Of a stretch of DNA of 64,000 nt, positions 1 through 13,655 are shown in pieces. The first letter of the stretch is position 1. Each line of letters starts with the position of its first letter. This stretch comes from Magallana gigas. Its lineage: Eukaryota. The stretch is taken from NCBI RefSeq assembly GCF_963853765.1, contig NC_088853.1, forward strand, positions 14,880,001 through 14,944,000. Direction: 5' to 3'. The notes under the pieces were generated by a model, which saw nothing but the letters and a program-made list of their open reading frames with translations, was not told the origin of the DNA and made no database searches. The position numbers were made by a program, and so were the translations under genes.

Positions 1-3000
1 ATCACCTGCAGATGTATCACACGGGGTCTTTGTCATCTGACCTACATCTGTCTTGGGAGAGTGGGCAACCATAGTGCATGCAATAGATCCTGGAGTAACT
101 ACCGTTTCTGAACGGCCAGATGGTGTCGCCCAACTCATGTCATCAAAAACACTTTCAATGACCACTACAACAAAAATGAAAGTATACATGTAAGAACAAC
201 ATCAGTTTTTTAATACATACTTGTCATATCTGACAATTATATTCAAAGGTAACCAAAAAAAAAATTACCTGCAGATGTATCGCACGTGGTTGCTGCCAAT
301 TGATCTACATCTGACCTGGGAGGATGGGTAACTGCAATGCATGTCATAGTTCTTGGAGTAACTACCGTTTCTGAACCAGATGTTGTCCTTCTCATGTCAT
401 CATGAGAACTTTCAATGACCTCTATAATGGAAATGCAAATATTTATGTAAACACTTCATCAGGATTACAAGACATACTTGTCATATCTGTCAATTGAAAT
501 TCAGAATTAAAATAACAGTAAATCACCTGCAGATGTATCACACGGGGTCTTTGTCATCTGACCTACATCTGTCTTGGGAGAGTGGGCAACCATAGTGCAT
601 GCAATAGATCCTGGAGTAACTACTGTTTCTGAACGGCCAGATGGTGTCGCCCAACTCATGTCATCAAAAACACTTTCAATGACCACTACAACAGAAATGA
701 AAGTATACATGTAAGAACAACATCAGTTTTTTAATACATACTTGTCATATCTGACAATTATATTCAAAGGTAACCAAAAAAAAAATTACCTGCAGATGTA
801 TCGCACGTGGTTGCTGCCAATTGATCTACATCTGACCTGGGAGGGTGGGTAACTGCAATGCATGTCATAGTTCTTGGAGTAACTACCGTTTCTGAACCAG
901 ATGTTGTCCTTCTCATGTCATCATGAGAACTTTCAATGACCTCTATAATGGAAATGAAAATATTTATGTAAACACTTCATCAGGATTACAAGACATACTT
1001 GTCATATCTGTCAATTGAAATTCAGAATTAAAATAACAGTAAATCACCTGCAGATGTATCACACGGGGTCTTTGTCATCTGACCTACATCCGACTTGGGA
1101 GAGTGGGCAACCATAGTGCATGCAATAGATCCTGGAGTAACTACTGTTTCTGAACGGCCAGATGGTGTCGCCCAACTCATGTCATCAAAAACACTTTCAA
1201 TGACCACTACAACAGAAATGAAAGTATACATGTAAGAACAACATCAGTTTTTTAATACATACTTGTCATATCTGACAATTATATTCAAAGGTAACCAAAA
1301 AAAAAAAATTACCTGCAGATGTATCGCACGTGGTTGCTGCCAATTGATCTACATCTGACCTGGAAGGGTGGGTAACTGCAATGCATGTCATAGTTCTTGG
1401 AGTAACTACCGTTTCTGAACCAGATGTTGTCCTTCTCATGTCATCAAGAGAACTTTCAATGACCTCTATAATGGAAATGAAAATATTTATGTAAACACTT
1501 CATCAGGATTACAAGACATACTTGTCATATCTGTCAATTGAAATTCAGAATTAAAATAACAGTAAATCACCTGCAGATGTATCACACGGGGTCTTTGTCA
1601 TCTGACCTACATCCGACTTGGGAGAGTGGGCAACCATAGTGCATGCAATAGATCCTGGAGTAACTACCGTTTCTGAACGGCCAGATGGTGTCGCCCAACT
1701 CATGTCATCAAAAACACTTTCAATGACCACTACAACGGAAATGAAAGTATACATGTAAGAACAACATCAGTTTTTTAATACATACTTGTCATATCTGACA
1801 ATTATATTCAAAGGTAACCAAAAAAAAAAAAATTACCTGCAGATGTATCACACGTGGTTGCTGCCAATCGATCTACATCTGACCTGGGAGGGTGGGTAAC
1901 TGCAATGCATGTCATAGTTCCTGGAGTAACTACCGTTTCTGAACCAGATGATGTTGTCCTTCTCATGTCATCAAGAGAACTTTCAATGACCTCTATAATG
2001 GAAATGAAAATATTTATGTAAACACTTCATCAGGATTACAAGACATACTTGTCATATCTGTCAATTGAAATTCAGAATTAAAATAACTGTAAATCACCTG
2101 CAGATGTATCACACGGGGTCTTTGTCATCTGACCTACATCCGACTTGGGAGAGTGGGCAACCATAGTGCATGCAATAGATCCTGGAGTAACTACTGTTTC
2201 TGAACGGCCAGATGGTGTCGCCCAACTCATGTCATCAAAAACACTTTCAATGACCACTACAACGGAAATGAAAGTATACATGTAAGAACAACATCAGTTT
2301 TTTAATACATACTTGTCATATCTGACAATTATATTCAAAGGTAACCAAAAAAAAAAAATTACCTGCAGATGTATCACACGTGGTTGCTGCCAATCGATCT
2401 ACATCTGACCTGGGAGGGTGGGTAACTGCAATGCATGTCATAGTTCCTGGAGTAACTACCGTTTCTGAACCAGATGATGTTGTCCTTCTCATGTCATCAA
2501 GAGAACTTTCAATGACCTCTATAATGGAAATGAAAATATTTATGTAAACACTTCATCAGGATTACAAGACATACTTGTCATATCTGTCAATTGAAATTCA
2601 GAATTAAAATAACAGTAAATCACCTGCAGATGTATCACACGGGGTCTTTGTCATCTGACCTACATCCGACTTGGGAGAGTGGGCAACCATAGTGCATGCA
2701 ATAGATCCTGGAGTAACTACCGTTTCTGAACGGCCAGATGGTGTCGCCCAACTCATGTCATCAAAAACACTTTCAATGACCACTACAACAGAAATGAAAG
2801 TATACATGTAAGAACAACATCAGTTTTTTAATACATACTTGTCATATCTGACAATTATATTCAAAGGTAACCAAAAAAAAAAAAATTACCTGCAGATGTA
2901 TCGCACGTGGTTGCTGCCAATTGATCTACATCTGACCTGGAAGGGTGGGTAACTGCAATGCATGTCATAGTTCTTGGAGTAACTACCGTTTCTGAACCAG

Positions 3001-3900
3001 ATGTTGTCCTTCTCATGTCATCAAGAGAACTTTCAATGACCTCTATAATGGAAATGAAAATATTTATGTAAACACTTCATCAGGATTACAAGACATACTT
3101 GTCATATCTGTCAATTGAAATTCAGAATTAAAATAACAGTAAATCACCTGCAGATGTATCACACGGGGTCTTTGTCATCTGACCTACATCCGACTTGGGA
3201 GAGTGGGCAACCATAGTGCATGCAATAGATCCTGGAGTAACTACTGTTTCTGAACGGCCAGATGGTGTCGCCCAACTCATGTCATCAAAAACACTTTCAA
3301 TGACCACTACAACAAAAATGAAAGAATACATGTAAGAACAACATCAGTTTTTTAATACATACTTGTCATATCTGACAATTATATTCAAAGGTAACCAAAA
3401 AAAAAAAATTACCTGCAGATGTATCACACGTGGTTGCTGCCAATTGATCTACATCTGACCTGGGAGGGTGGGTAACTGCAATGCATGTCATAGTTCCTGG
3501 AGTAACTACCGTTTCTGAACCAGATGTTGTCCTTCTCATGTCATCAAGAGAACTTTCAATGACCTCTATAATGGAAAAGAAAATATTTATGTAAACACTT
3601 CATCAGGATTACAAGACATACTTGTCATATCTGTCAATTAAATTCAGAATTAAAAATAACAGTAAATCACCTGCAGATGTATCACACGGGGTCTTTGTCA
3701 TCTGACCTACATCCGACTTGGGAGAGTGGGCAACCATAGTGCATGCAATAGATCCTGGAGTAACTACTGTTTCTGAACGGCCAGATGGTGTCGCCCAACT
3801 CATGTCATCAAAAACACTTTCAATGACCACTACAACGGGAATTAAAATATACATGTAAAAACCTCATAAGTATTACAAAACATACTTGTCATATCTGACG
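1..3900. repeat. Tandem array of ~521-527-bp units (A exon, ~105-bp intron, B exon, ~104-bp intron), about 7.5 copies
   Basis: Near-identical units repeat with ~522-bp period; the A and B halves are themselves homologous (shared cacctgcagatgtatc and ggagtaactac.gtttctgaac). Confidence 0.95.
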
Positions 3901-4081
3901 ATTAAATTTAGAGGTAGCTAAAAAAAACACCAAAAAACTGTAAAAAACTGTAAATCACCTGCAGATGTATCGCAGGTGGTTGGAGAACCAACTGCTGATG
4001 AGCTGAAGCAATCTGTTGATGTAGCCCAAGTTACATCATCAAGAAAACTTTCCAAAGTGTGTTTTCTCTTCTTGAGCACCT
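6..4081 (-). CDS. Partial multi-exon gene encoding tandem ~52-aa Ser/Thr/Pro-rich repeats (uncharacterised); continues beyond the window start, upstream exons not resolved
   Basis: All exons are phase 1-1 with AG/GT boundaries and no stops. Unique exon 3959-4081 (EVLKKRKHTLESFLDDVTWATSTDCFSSSAVGSPTTCDTSAG). A exons (159 bp, VVIESVFDDMSWATPSGRSETVVTPGSIACTMVAHSPKSDVGQMTKTPCDTSAG): 3671-3829, 3148-3306, 2624-2782, 2098-2256, 1571-1729, 1048-1206, 527-685, 6-164. B exons (153/156 bp, EVIESSQDDMRRTTSGSETVVTPRTMTCIAVTHPPRSDVDQLAATTCDTSAG): 3413-3565, 2890-3042, 2363-2518, 1837-1992, 1313-1465, 790-942, 269-421. The only exonic indel is 3 bp; length variation otherwise lies in intronic poly-A. Confidence 0.8.
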
Positions 4082-6188
4082 CTGAAAAATATATGTATAA
4101 TATATAATATATTGAGAAAGATAATATATTGATAGAGTTATTACAACCATATCAATTTACTAATCTTTACAGTGAAATGAAAATTCATGCTTATCCAACT
4201 ATTTCTGACATGCAATTTGCAGATTGTGCTGTTTTACACAGCATCAACAATATTTTAGCCATATTTTGGCTTTAAAAATAACAATTCAAGATCCTGAACA
4301 TTCAAAAAGCAAGAGACATGGCTTGGCTCAAGGTTTTTTTTTTATTCCAGAGTAGTCAAATTTCTCAAGGACTGTCCTCGTTTTTATTAACAGAATTTAA
4401 GGACCTTGTCAGTCCAACTGATGATTTGTAAATCCAGAGTTAGATGAATTAAATTTCGATCCAAGTACATAAAAGGAACATATTGGAGAAAAATGAGACT
4501 CAGATCATGATTGAGCTTATCCAACAACTCTGGAATCTAGTACATGTACCTATAAGAACAAAGTAAAAGAATAAACAATAAATCCCAAACCATCTTTAAA
4601 AATTATATATATATAAAGAAATGTGCACCTTTACATTGCAAGTGCATTTAAGCAATTGTACATCAGCAATAATCCACTATAGGGATCAATCAATCATAAG
4701 TTTTATAATAGTCTGAGAATAACAAGAATTAGCGTTAATTTATATCTTATTTATTTACTTGTTTTTTGAGCTTTACACATTGGGAAAAGTTCCATGACAG
4801 AGGAAAAAATTCTTCGTTTTGAGATAAATTATAGCAGAAGTGATTAATATTACTGAAATGCCTGATACAAAGTACCCCCCCCCCTTCCAAAAATAGGATG
4901 GGGATGACTCTCAGGGCCCAATTCAATGTACCACAATAACTGCATTTGTATCCAATACATGTTACAGAAGACCCTATGTCAATTTCTCACCACTTTAAAA
5001 TTTTAACCATTCACAACAGCAAGTACAATTTTTCACATTTTTATAGTTCTATTGTAGAACCTTCCTGAAAATATTTCTTGGAACTCTCATATTTAAAAAA
5101 AGTGAATGTGGACTGCAGCACTTAGAAATGTGGGCCTATCAATCAATTATACTCGATATGAAGTCAAAGGTACCTCTATCACTATATGAAGAGTGTGAAT
5201 CAGAAATTTAGATTAATTACTGTTGATCCTTGCAACCAAATCCTGGTGCTTCATGTTCGTTGAATTTACATTCACAATTAAACTGTGCTTTGTAAGTTTA
5301 CAACTTAATACTAAATAAGTGTTTATTTAAAGCAGCAGTGTTTACAAAAGTGCATTCAACAAATGACAAGTCAAAAGTAAACGGTCTAAGAATATTTCCG
5401 ATTCCCCTCTCCATATAGTGAATATTCTATACGCAATATGCTGAAATCACATTGATTTAAATGCACACACATTGTATAAACATCTATAAAGGATCGACAC
5501 AAAACTTTAGTCCTTTAGTCAGAGCTATCATAGATAAAATAATGCAGAATTAGTTACCACTGCAACTTTCTTAGGTTGGCCTAAAAGAGAGATATAGCAT
5601 TGTTGCCAATGAAAATTAATGACACAACAATATTCATTTTGACCAAATTAACAACCTCTAGACCATAGAACCAAAAATTTCAAACATTTGTAGAGGCATT
5701 TTTCTCCATAATGATGTAGGCTTAAAAAAAATAATTAATCTTTAGTTTCTCAGGCCAAAAAATTCAACATTTATGCAGCAGACATGGTTTTGCTTTTTTT
5801 TTTTACTTAGCTGTAGCATGATTTTGTACCAAACCTGTCGAACTTTTGAAGAAAAATTAAAGTTTGAGGGCACCTAATGGAAGAAAATTTCCAACAGGCA
5901 ATTTAGAGAACCAATAATTTTTTAACTAAAAAACTTGAGTTTTGTGTCCAACCTTCGTCGTAATTCAAATGAACTGAAATTCAAAACACATTTATTACGT
6001 ATGCCTTTCTCCTGCCATTTTTTTATTTCTGAAAATGATTCCACTTTTGTTGCAGTCAAACTGTAAAATGAAACATGGAAGTTCAACCTCTGATTGAAAA
6101 AAAAAATTAACTATACACTATGCAAAACAGATACTTTTTGGTGTTCGATGCTCTGTATAATAAAAAAAAAAAAAAAAAAAAAAAAAAA

Positions 6189-7410
6189 GCCATGGGCCTC
6201 ATTGCTTACCTGAGAAACAATTTTAAAAATTATAGCCTTCATATTCTAAAGCGAAACATTTGTCTATATAATTTGATGAAAAACTTTGAGTCCTCATCGT
6301 GTCCATTTTTCATACCCCTCACGCTGGGGAAACAACTTTAAAATTTTGAAAACTAGCTCATTTCCATATCATCATGCCCTACACACGCTATATTTATCTA
6401 GGTTAAAATCTATGGATTCCCTGTCTGATCATTAAAGCTGAACACCGCTCGTAAATAGGCACTGTCCGCCATATTTCCCTTTCATCACTGTTCTCCGTAC
6501 AACCGCTATACAAGATACAGACCTCTAAACAGTTCAAAGTACTTTGCTGTAGAGGTCTCACCTGTGTGGACGTACATCCTACCACGCCGTGTTACTCAGT
6601 CGCGATTAAATTATCAAATTTTACACACTTTTTTTCCAATCCATGAGAATACTAACACCAAATAAATTGGTCAATGCATTATTTACAAACAGAATATGCA
6701 CATGAATAAGAAATAAATGCATAAAATCCAAAGACCACGGAAGTAATACCACACGTCCGCCACAAGTCTCAGGTGTGCAATCGGGTGTAACGAAATTGAA
6801 GGGTTTATATACCAGGTCCCTGTGTGCCAGTGCCTATTTACGAGCAATGTTCATCTTTAAGGGTCATAGAAGAATAAAGAACTTTTCTAGATACAATCTT
6901 ACTTGCATAGTTATTTAACATGTTTAACAAATAACTGATTTAAAATTACTCAATTTTTTTCCTATAATTTCTATGCATTTAAATTTGAACCCCAATTTGT
7001 GGCCCCTTTCTGACTCAAGGGTAATTGTGTAAAGAAACTTGAATCGTTAATATATTAGCTTGTGTCTAATATTAGTTTGACAATTGTACCCTTGTTCTTC
7101 AGATGTTTCTAAAATACTGGTAAGACTTTATCAAATTTTGACCCTTCCCCACATTTTGGTCCCATCAAAACCTCCTGGGGGGGGAGGGGGGTAATGATCA
7201 TGGTCTAAACAAACCTGAAACCTCTCATACTAACTTGCTTCCATATCATTTTAAAAATTATAGCCACATACTCTTCAGAGGATTTTTTCCTATATATTTC
7301 TATGTAAAATTGGACCACTGCCTCTAATTGTGGACCCTCTCTGACACCAGGGGGAGATGGTATGAATCAACTTTAAATCCCTTCATGCTATTTTGCTATT
7401 CTTTGGCTCT
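6189..7410 (+). mobile_element. Degenerate HINE (Helentron-associated non-autonomous element) with Cg170/HindIII-satellite-like internal units
   Basis: Starts gccatgggcctcattgcttacctgag and ends ttggctctggtgagctaa, resembling oyster HINE termini as I recall them. Internal units repeat ttgtggcccc..tctgac..aggg..aaacttgaa motifs. Confidence 0.55.
6432..6860. mobile_element. MITE with ~30-bp TIRs flanked by TTAA (Kolobok-like), nested in the HINE
   Basis: Left ttaa|agctgaacaccgctcgtaaataggcactg; right cagtgcctatttacgagcaatgttcatct|ttaa. TTAA duplication with purine-starting ends. Confidence 0.7.
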
Positions 7411-7812
7411 GGTGAGCTAATCAACGTAAAACTGGATAGATATGGCAGTAAACTTACATAGCTTGGTCAGCATTGCAAAACACTGTATATTTGCCTCCAT
7501 TCTCCACCCCTTCAAGCCTTACAGGCCACATCATTGTTCTGGGGACACCTTTTACCTGGGCCCACACAATCCTTCCTATTTTTTCTTCTTCATGTCCATT
7601 ACTTTTAACTGGTCTTTTTCTTTTTGTCATTTCTGGAAGAAAAAATATTCAATAAATTAAACTGTAACTTGAGTAATTTACCTAGAATATTTGAATCAAT
7701 TTGACATAAAAACCTAAACAAGGGTAACTTATAAATAGTAATTTTCATATTAAGTCCCAGACTTCTTATTTTTCTACTTAGGGAGATAACCCAACCAGTT
7801 AAAAATATAACT

Positions 7813-8458
7813 AAGGTTACTTGTCTGTACATACATTATGGATTTAACACTGCGAGGTTACTTGTCTGTTTATGCATTATGGGGTTTAATCAACATTGTG
7901 GGGTTACTTGTTTATATACACATTGTGGGGTTTAATACTGCAAGGTTTCTTGTCCATATACACATTATGGATTTAACACTGTGAGGTTTCTTGTCTGTTT
8001 ATGCATTATGGGGTTTAATTAACATTGTGGGGTTACTTGTTTATATACACATTGTGGGGTTTAATACTGCAAGGTTTCTTGTCCATATACACATTATGGA
8101 TTTAACACTGTGAGGTTAATTGTCTGTTTATGCATTATGGGGTTTAATTAACATTGTGGGGTTTAACACTTTGAGGTTTCTTGTCCATATACACATTATG
8201 GATTTAACACTGTGAGGTTAATTGTCTGTTTATGCATTATGGCCATTGTGGTTTAACATTGTGGGGTTTAACACTTTGAGGTTTCTTGTCCATATACACA
8301 TTATGGATTTAACACTTTGAGGTTACTTGTCTGTCTACAGATTATGGGCTTTAACACTGTGAAGCTACTTGTCTGTTCACACATTACAGGTTTATCATTG
8401 CAAGGTTACGCTTGTCTGTCTACACATTATGGGGTTTAACACTGTGAGGTTACTTGAC
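7813..8458. repeat. ~40-bp minisatellite, about 15 degenerate copies
   Basis: Repeated unit gaggtt(a/t)cttgtctgt..atacattatgg(a/g)tttaacactgt. Confidence 0.9.
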
Positions 8459-11400
8459 CGTATACATATATACATCATATAGCATAAGTTTGAAGTTAGT
8501 CCTCTGTTCATGATAAGGGTCTCATGAAAGCACCAACTCACTGCCCAATTATTATAATTTGTGTAGAGATTCAAACCAAAATACTTGTAGGTACATGTGT
8601 ATTTCTCTAATACATATATATCATTTACACTTGACCACCAAAAACTTAAAATTTTTTGTTGCATTTCCAAATAGATGTAATACAAACACTCATGAAACAA
8701 GCTTACCTTTTGTAGGTATTAGTTCAAATGAGAACATATTTTTCAACACTGAATGAATTCAACTGACAGTAAAAGCAGCATGCATCAAAATCTTCAATAT
8801 TAAAGAAGCACAAAAAATTGGCGCCATTGATAAAGATTTCCAAGACATCAAGATCAAAGTCGGAGCAATATAAGCACACATTTACAAATGCCTCATTCGA
8901 ATCAAATCCAATAAAAGCAGTAGGAAATTCCATGTTCTTTTTTTCTGTATCATGTAGAACTATGGCTGACAAACATCCTCTACATGAGCAAAAAATTAGG
9001 ACAAGCTTTGTGAGGTTACTTCTCTGTCTATACAATGTGAGCTTTGGGTTCAAGTTTTAGTGCACTATGTGCTATAGTCTTTTATCTTAAGATCCCACTG
9101 TAGAAGTTCACAAATTGATATATAATGTAAGGAACATTATTAAAAACTAGGAGTATAGTAACCATTACATAATCCAAATATATGCATATACTTACCTATT
9201 CACATTCAAATGGAACTTTTAGTTTTATTAAAAGATGTGTGATTGTCTCTGCAACTTCCAGTGAAAAAGTTCCAAATCCAAATACAATCGAGTCACTGTG
9301 TATTTTTGTTAAAAGTTTACATTTTATATTCAATTCTAGAAAAACAATGAAAATGAACCTCAAGTTCTCCTGATCTTTAATGTATACTTCATACATCAAA
9401 TCATCAATCATGTTGTTCACTGGAGATCATGAGTCCAAAGACGGAAAAGTGCTGACCATCTTCTAAACATCACAAACATCAAGACAATGCCCAATAAAAG
9501 TGAAATAAAAATCAAGAAAAGTAGTGAGAACAGCAGCACAAAGAACCAAACCTCCATTTTCATTTGAATTGGAAGTTGCAAAACAATTTAAATATGTACT
9601 TCCTGTTGTCCTTATATGATCATGATGATCTGTTGGGTTTTCCTAACCCCATAAATTTGTCCAATAAGACATCATGGAATGTTAAACTTGTAAAACCCTT
9701 TTAGCATGTCCCTATAGGAATTGTGGGGTGTTCTGTAACCCCAGAAGTTTGCCCTTATACAATATACATAGTGAAAAAGAGACTTGTCGGGTAACCCCAT
9801 TGCTTTTACATAAAGTAAGGTTCCGTGCCATATACACAGGCACCTGAAGTGTGGAAAACATACCCCCCCTCCCCCCGATTTACCAAAATATTCTACCGAG
9901 CCTATAATTTCTAAAAAAAAATTGTGATTTTCCTGTCAATCATGTCTGTATGTCGTTCTGTGCTACCAGTTTGTACTTTTCTAAACGTTTGTACTTTTCT
10001 TAACGTTCTGATTGGCCATTTACGGGTATTATAAAAATACAAATGGTAAAAAACAAAATCATGTAAACAAACAGGGGGTCCTTGCTTTGAGACTGATTCT
10101 CAGAGAATAAACAGCAGTGCCTACAAAATTCCAGTAAATGTTTCATGAAGGTAATAAAGCTTTACATGTTTCTTCAACTCAAGCCTCAAGTCATGGATTT
10201 TATTTGTCGTAATCTTGTGTTACTTCAGCAAACCCCAGCTGGTTTCTAGTCAGCCTAACAGGAGGTTTTGACAAAGTGTACCTCTTACATCTTCCTAACT
10301 GTTCAGGAAAAGACTTTCAAGTGCAATCGTGCGTTTTCATTGCTCAATGTTAAATAACATCGACAATGACAAAATAAACTACCAAAATTTACCATATAGC
10401 TATAAACGCACAGTTTGGAGTTTTTCACCACTTGGATTAATTCACTAAGAAATTCTAATTACTGCTTGTATACACAATATGGCTTGATTATCTTGTGAAT
10501 TTGACCCACAGTAGACGACATATGATTAGGTAATTACGCTCCATTGCACATGACACCTGTGAATTTGATACAATTTGATATAAAATTGACTTACTTCCTT
10601 GGTCAATCTGTACTATGCAATGTTTTCCCCCGTATACTTTTGACTGCCGACTTAATTTGTAACATTGTAACAAACAATGTAGTGAGATAATTATTGAAGA
10701 AATTAGGATTAATATTGGTGAATTTTGAAAAAGGGAAATATGTATTGGGGGAGGGGGTAAATATAAATGCAGTGATTCTATTTTTTTACCAACCTGTTTC
10801 AAATGAAAATAGTGGTTTATAGCATATAATTCAAAATATGGGACAAATATTCTTTTCCCATGAATTTTTGCATCCTGCCGTGACAGGGCTCCCACTGTAC
10901 CAAAAATCCTTTTCGTCACTTTAGAACGACCCATGTTTTACAATTATTTCTATCATATCACATATACATGTGCATGTATATGTTTATGCAGACCTATATG
11001 TTTAAGATATTAATATTTTGAACTTTTTAAATATGCATGTATTGACCAATTTTTTGGTATGTACTGTATATGCACTCTCCTCATTTGTATCACTAAATGA
11101 TTTCCAAGAAGTATGGTATGAAAGCTTTTGAAAAGTTAAGATACTAAATTTCTACAGTTCTAAGTTTGAGATAAAATAAAAACCAGACACTTTTCATATC
11201 AAGAAACAAAAACAAAAATGCCATTATGGATTCATACACATATACTAGATAAGAAGATGGAGTGAAATCCACAAAGACAATAATTCTTCTGTTCTAGACT
11301 AATTTAGAATAAACACGCTGCACATTTACAAGTCCTCATTTTGACAAGCCAGATGTAAAAATGAAATATTCTGCTGGGTTTTATGTCAATAAGTTGCATA

Positions 11401-12523
11401 CAACCTCATACTACACAGCTTCAATAAAAAAAAATTATCAAATGTGTTTTTCACAATAAATAAAATCCTTTGAAGAACTGCCCATGTTTATCCCATTTTG
11501 GTGTGACTTTGAGAATAGAAATATATTTTTGGAAAGCAAATATGTTGCTGTCTGTAAGTGAAGTATGTTCCAAGTTCTAAATAAGAAAACTGTCATCACT
11601 TGCAGTACCCTGATGATTTCTATGGCAACCAGCTGCATTGCAATAAGTATTTAATAACTTCTAAACATGGGAACAAATATTATTTAAGATTTTTTACTTA
11701 AAATTTTATGATGTATATTTTATTCTGTTCATAACTAAAGAAGTTTAGCAAGTTCAGTGAGAGCACCCTTCCAAGTGTTACATAACAATTGATGGTCTGA
11801 AGCCATAAATAGCCTGGGGCTAATCTATGGTCAGAGCTGTGTGCACTGAAGCGATGCGAGATTTCCAGTTGCACGTGGTGATTGAATTAACACAGACTAA
11901 CCGAATAAAGTAAAACAAACGGGTGGGAATGAGAAACACATTAAACTTAAGAAGTCACCATAAATTAATTTTCGCCACATTTAGATTTCTTTACTCCAAT
12001 TTTGAAAAAGATTCGCCACTGGCGAAATTAGCGAATATTTCAGATGTGTAGTTTATTTTTAAACTTTTGTAAGAAAATTACATATTTGCTAATATAGAAA
12101 AAAGAAGAAGTCCCTGAAATGTTCAGGCGTGTTCAGCAGAGAGAGCGCCCGCCAAAATTTGTGTTGCGGGTATAGGAAATTTTGGAGAGCGCTCGCGAGC
12201 ACCCGCTCTGTTGAACAGGCATAGAACTATTGCTCTTGGGTCAAAAAATTGGGGATGGGAGCGATTCCCCACGCCAAAATATTTGTCAGGAGAGCCGTTA
12301 CAACTGATAGCGATAAAATATAAATGATGCTAATCACAAAATTTGATTCCCCGCGTACTCGAACAGAAGACATGACTTTCGAGATGTTTTTGCAAACCAC
12401 AACAAATGTCGGTGAACAAGCGTGTGCTCCCCGTAATTCAAAGTCGTTAAATGTACAAGCTATTCAAGAATTTTATGTACTAAGGATGTGTTACATCATA
12501 AAAATTAGTAAAAGATAACTTAC

Positions 12524-12620
12524 CTGGCTCATCTCCACATCCGTCCTTCTGCAATGACGTCTCTTCTGAGGTTACTGCGCATCTGTATAGGGCTAACTGC
12601 GCATGCGTATGACGTATAAA
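12524..12620 (-). promoter_or_regulatory. CpG-rich putative promoter/first exon with NRF1-like and CRE-like motifs
   Basis: tgcgcatgcg at 12598-12607, tgacgtc at 12555-12561, tgacgt at 12610, locally high GC/CpG. Strong minus-strand donor CAG|GTAAGT at 12524/12523. Confidence 0.4.
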
Positions 12621-12861
12621 CCCCGCCACATTGTCCGAGAGATTTCTAATGATCTTGTCCGCGGACAACGTGGTGTCAAAGACGATTTACACTAAGACAA
12701 ACTGCTTATGGGGTTAAGTGTCATACTTGATTTTTTGAACCCCTGAAGGTATTCTGTACACGTAAAAACAAAAATCTTGTGAGGTTAACCCCGCAAGCAA
12801 TTATAACCCCACAAACACCAAAAATACTCACAAATGACCCCACTTGGAATACTGTGGAAGA

Positions 12862-12918
12862 ACAGACAGACAGACGGACAGACGGACAGACGGACGACAG
12901 ACAAAATGTGATCAGAAT

Positions 12919-12954
<36 letters not shown>
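12862..12954 (-). mobile_element. HINE/pearl-type element terminus with ACAG/ACGG microsatellite and terminal hairpin
   Basis: acagacagacagacggacagacggac followed by gatcagaatagctcacttgagctttcagctcaggtgagctaaaaa (agctcac...gtgagct hairpin). Confidence 0.7.
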
Positions 12955-12955
<1 letters not shown>

Positions 12956-13655
12956 AGAAAGCATTGACTCAACAAAGCCGTAGTAATTTAAAAAACCGAA
13001 AAGCATAGACTAGATTTACAAGATAAATTCAAGAAACGTTAGACTTTAAAAGTTAACCGTAATAAGTTTGAAGAAAATTTGAATGTTGTTAGATCATTTA
13101 GAAAATAAGGTTTGCATCGTAAAACTATTTGGATTCCATAAAAATTGTAAATGTCGTCTTTATGGTTATATGATGCTCTAAAAAAACAACCAGACTTGTC
13201 ATTCTTTTTATCAATTTTTCGATACAATTTATTTTTATCTATTAACGATCCTTTATTAAAACAGTTCATATTTTTTTTAATTGTTTTGAAATTTTATTAT
13301 TCTGCTTTATATTCATACAAAGCTCTTTTATAAGGATATTTATTGCTTAACATACTGGGGAACATACCATGAAAAGTTATATATATATTTTGTACCAAAT
13401 TTGGTCAACCTATAATACAATGGGCCAATGGTAGAACAAACATTGGCCGGTCTAGGCAAACACGTTGCCTCACTATGTAATTTTAATGACACATGACAAC
13501 TTGTTAAACGTTTCTTAATATTGATTTCTTGTAATAAGTATTTATATACACTTGATACACATTTGATAAAAAAACTCATTATTGTGCAGAAATTGGCACA
13601 TTTTTTTAATAAAGTCATGTGCTTTTATTTTAAGGTAAAAGCAAATAGATATGTA

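Noticed and set aside
1-3900. CRISPR-like or spacer-bearing array; eight separate 67-aa genes as listed in the ORF track
   Set aside because: Units are ~522 bp with no unique spacers. The ORFs begin and end in intronic sequence and are single exons read through their splice sites.
12127-12220. GC-rich imperfect hairpin as an ncRNA gene
   Set aside because: No tRNA, snRNA or miRNA hallmarks could be verified by eye; more likely the end of a small inverted-repeat element.
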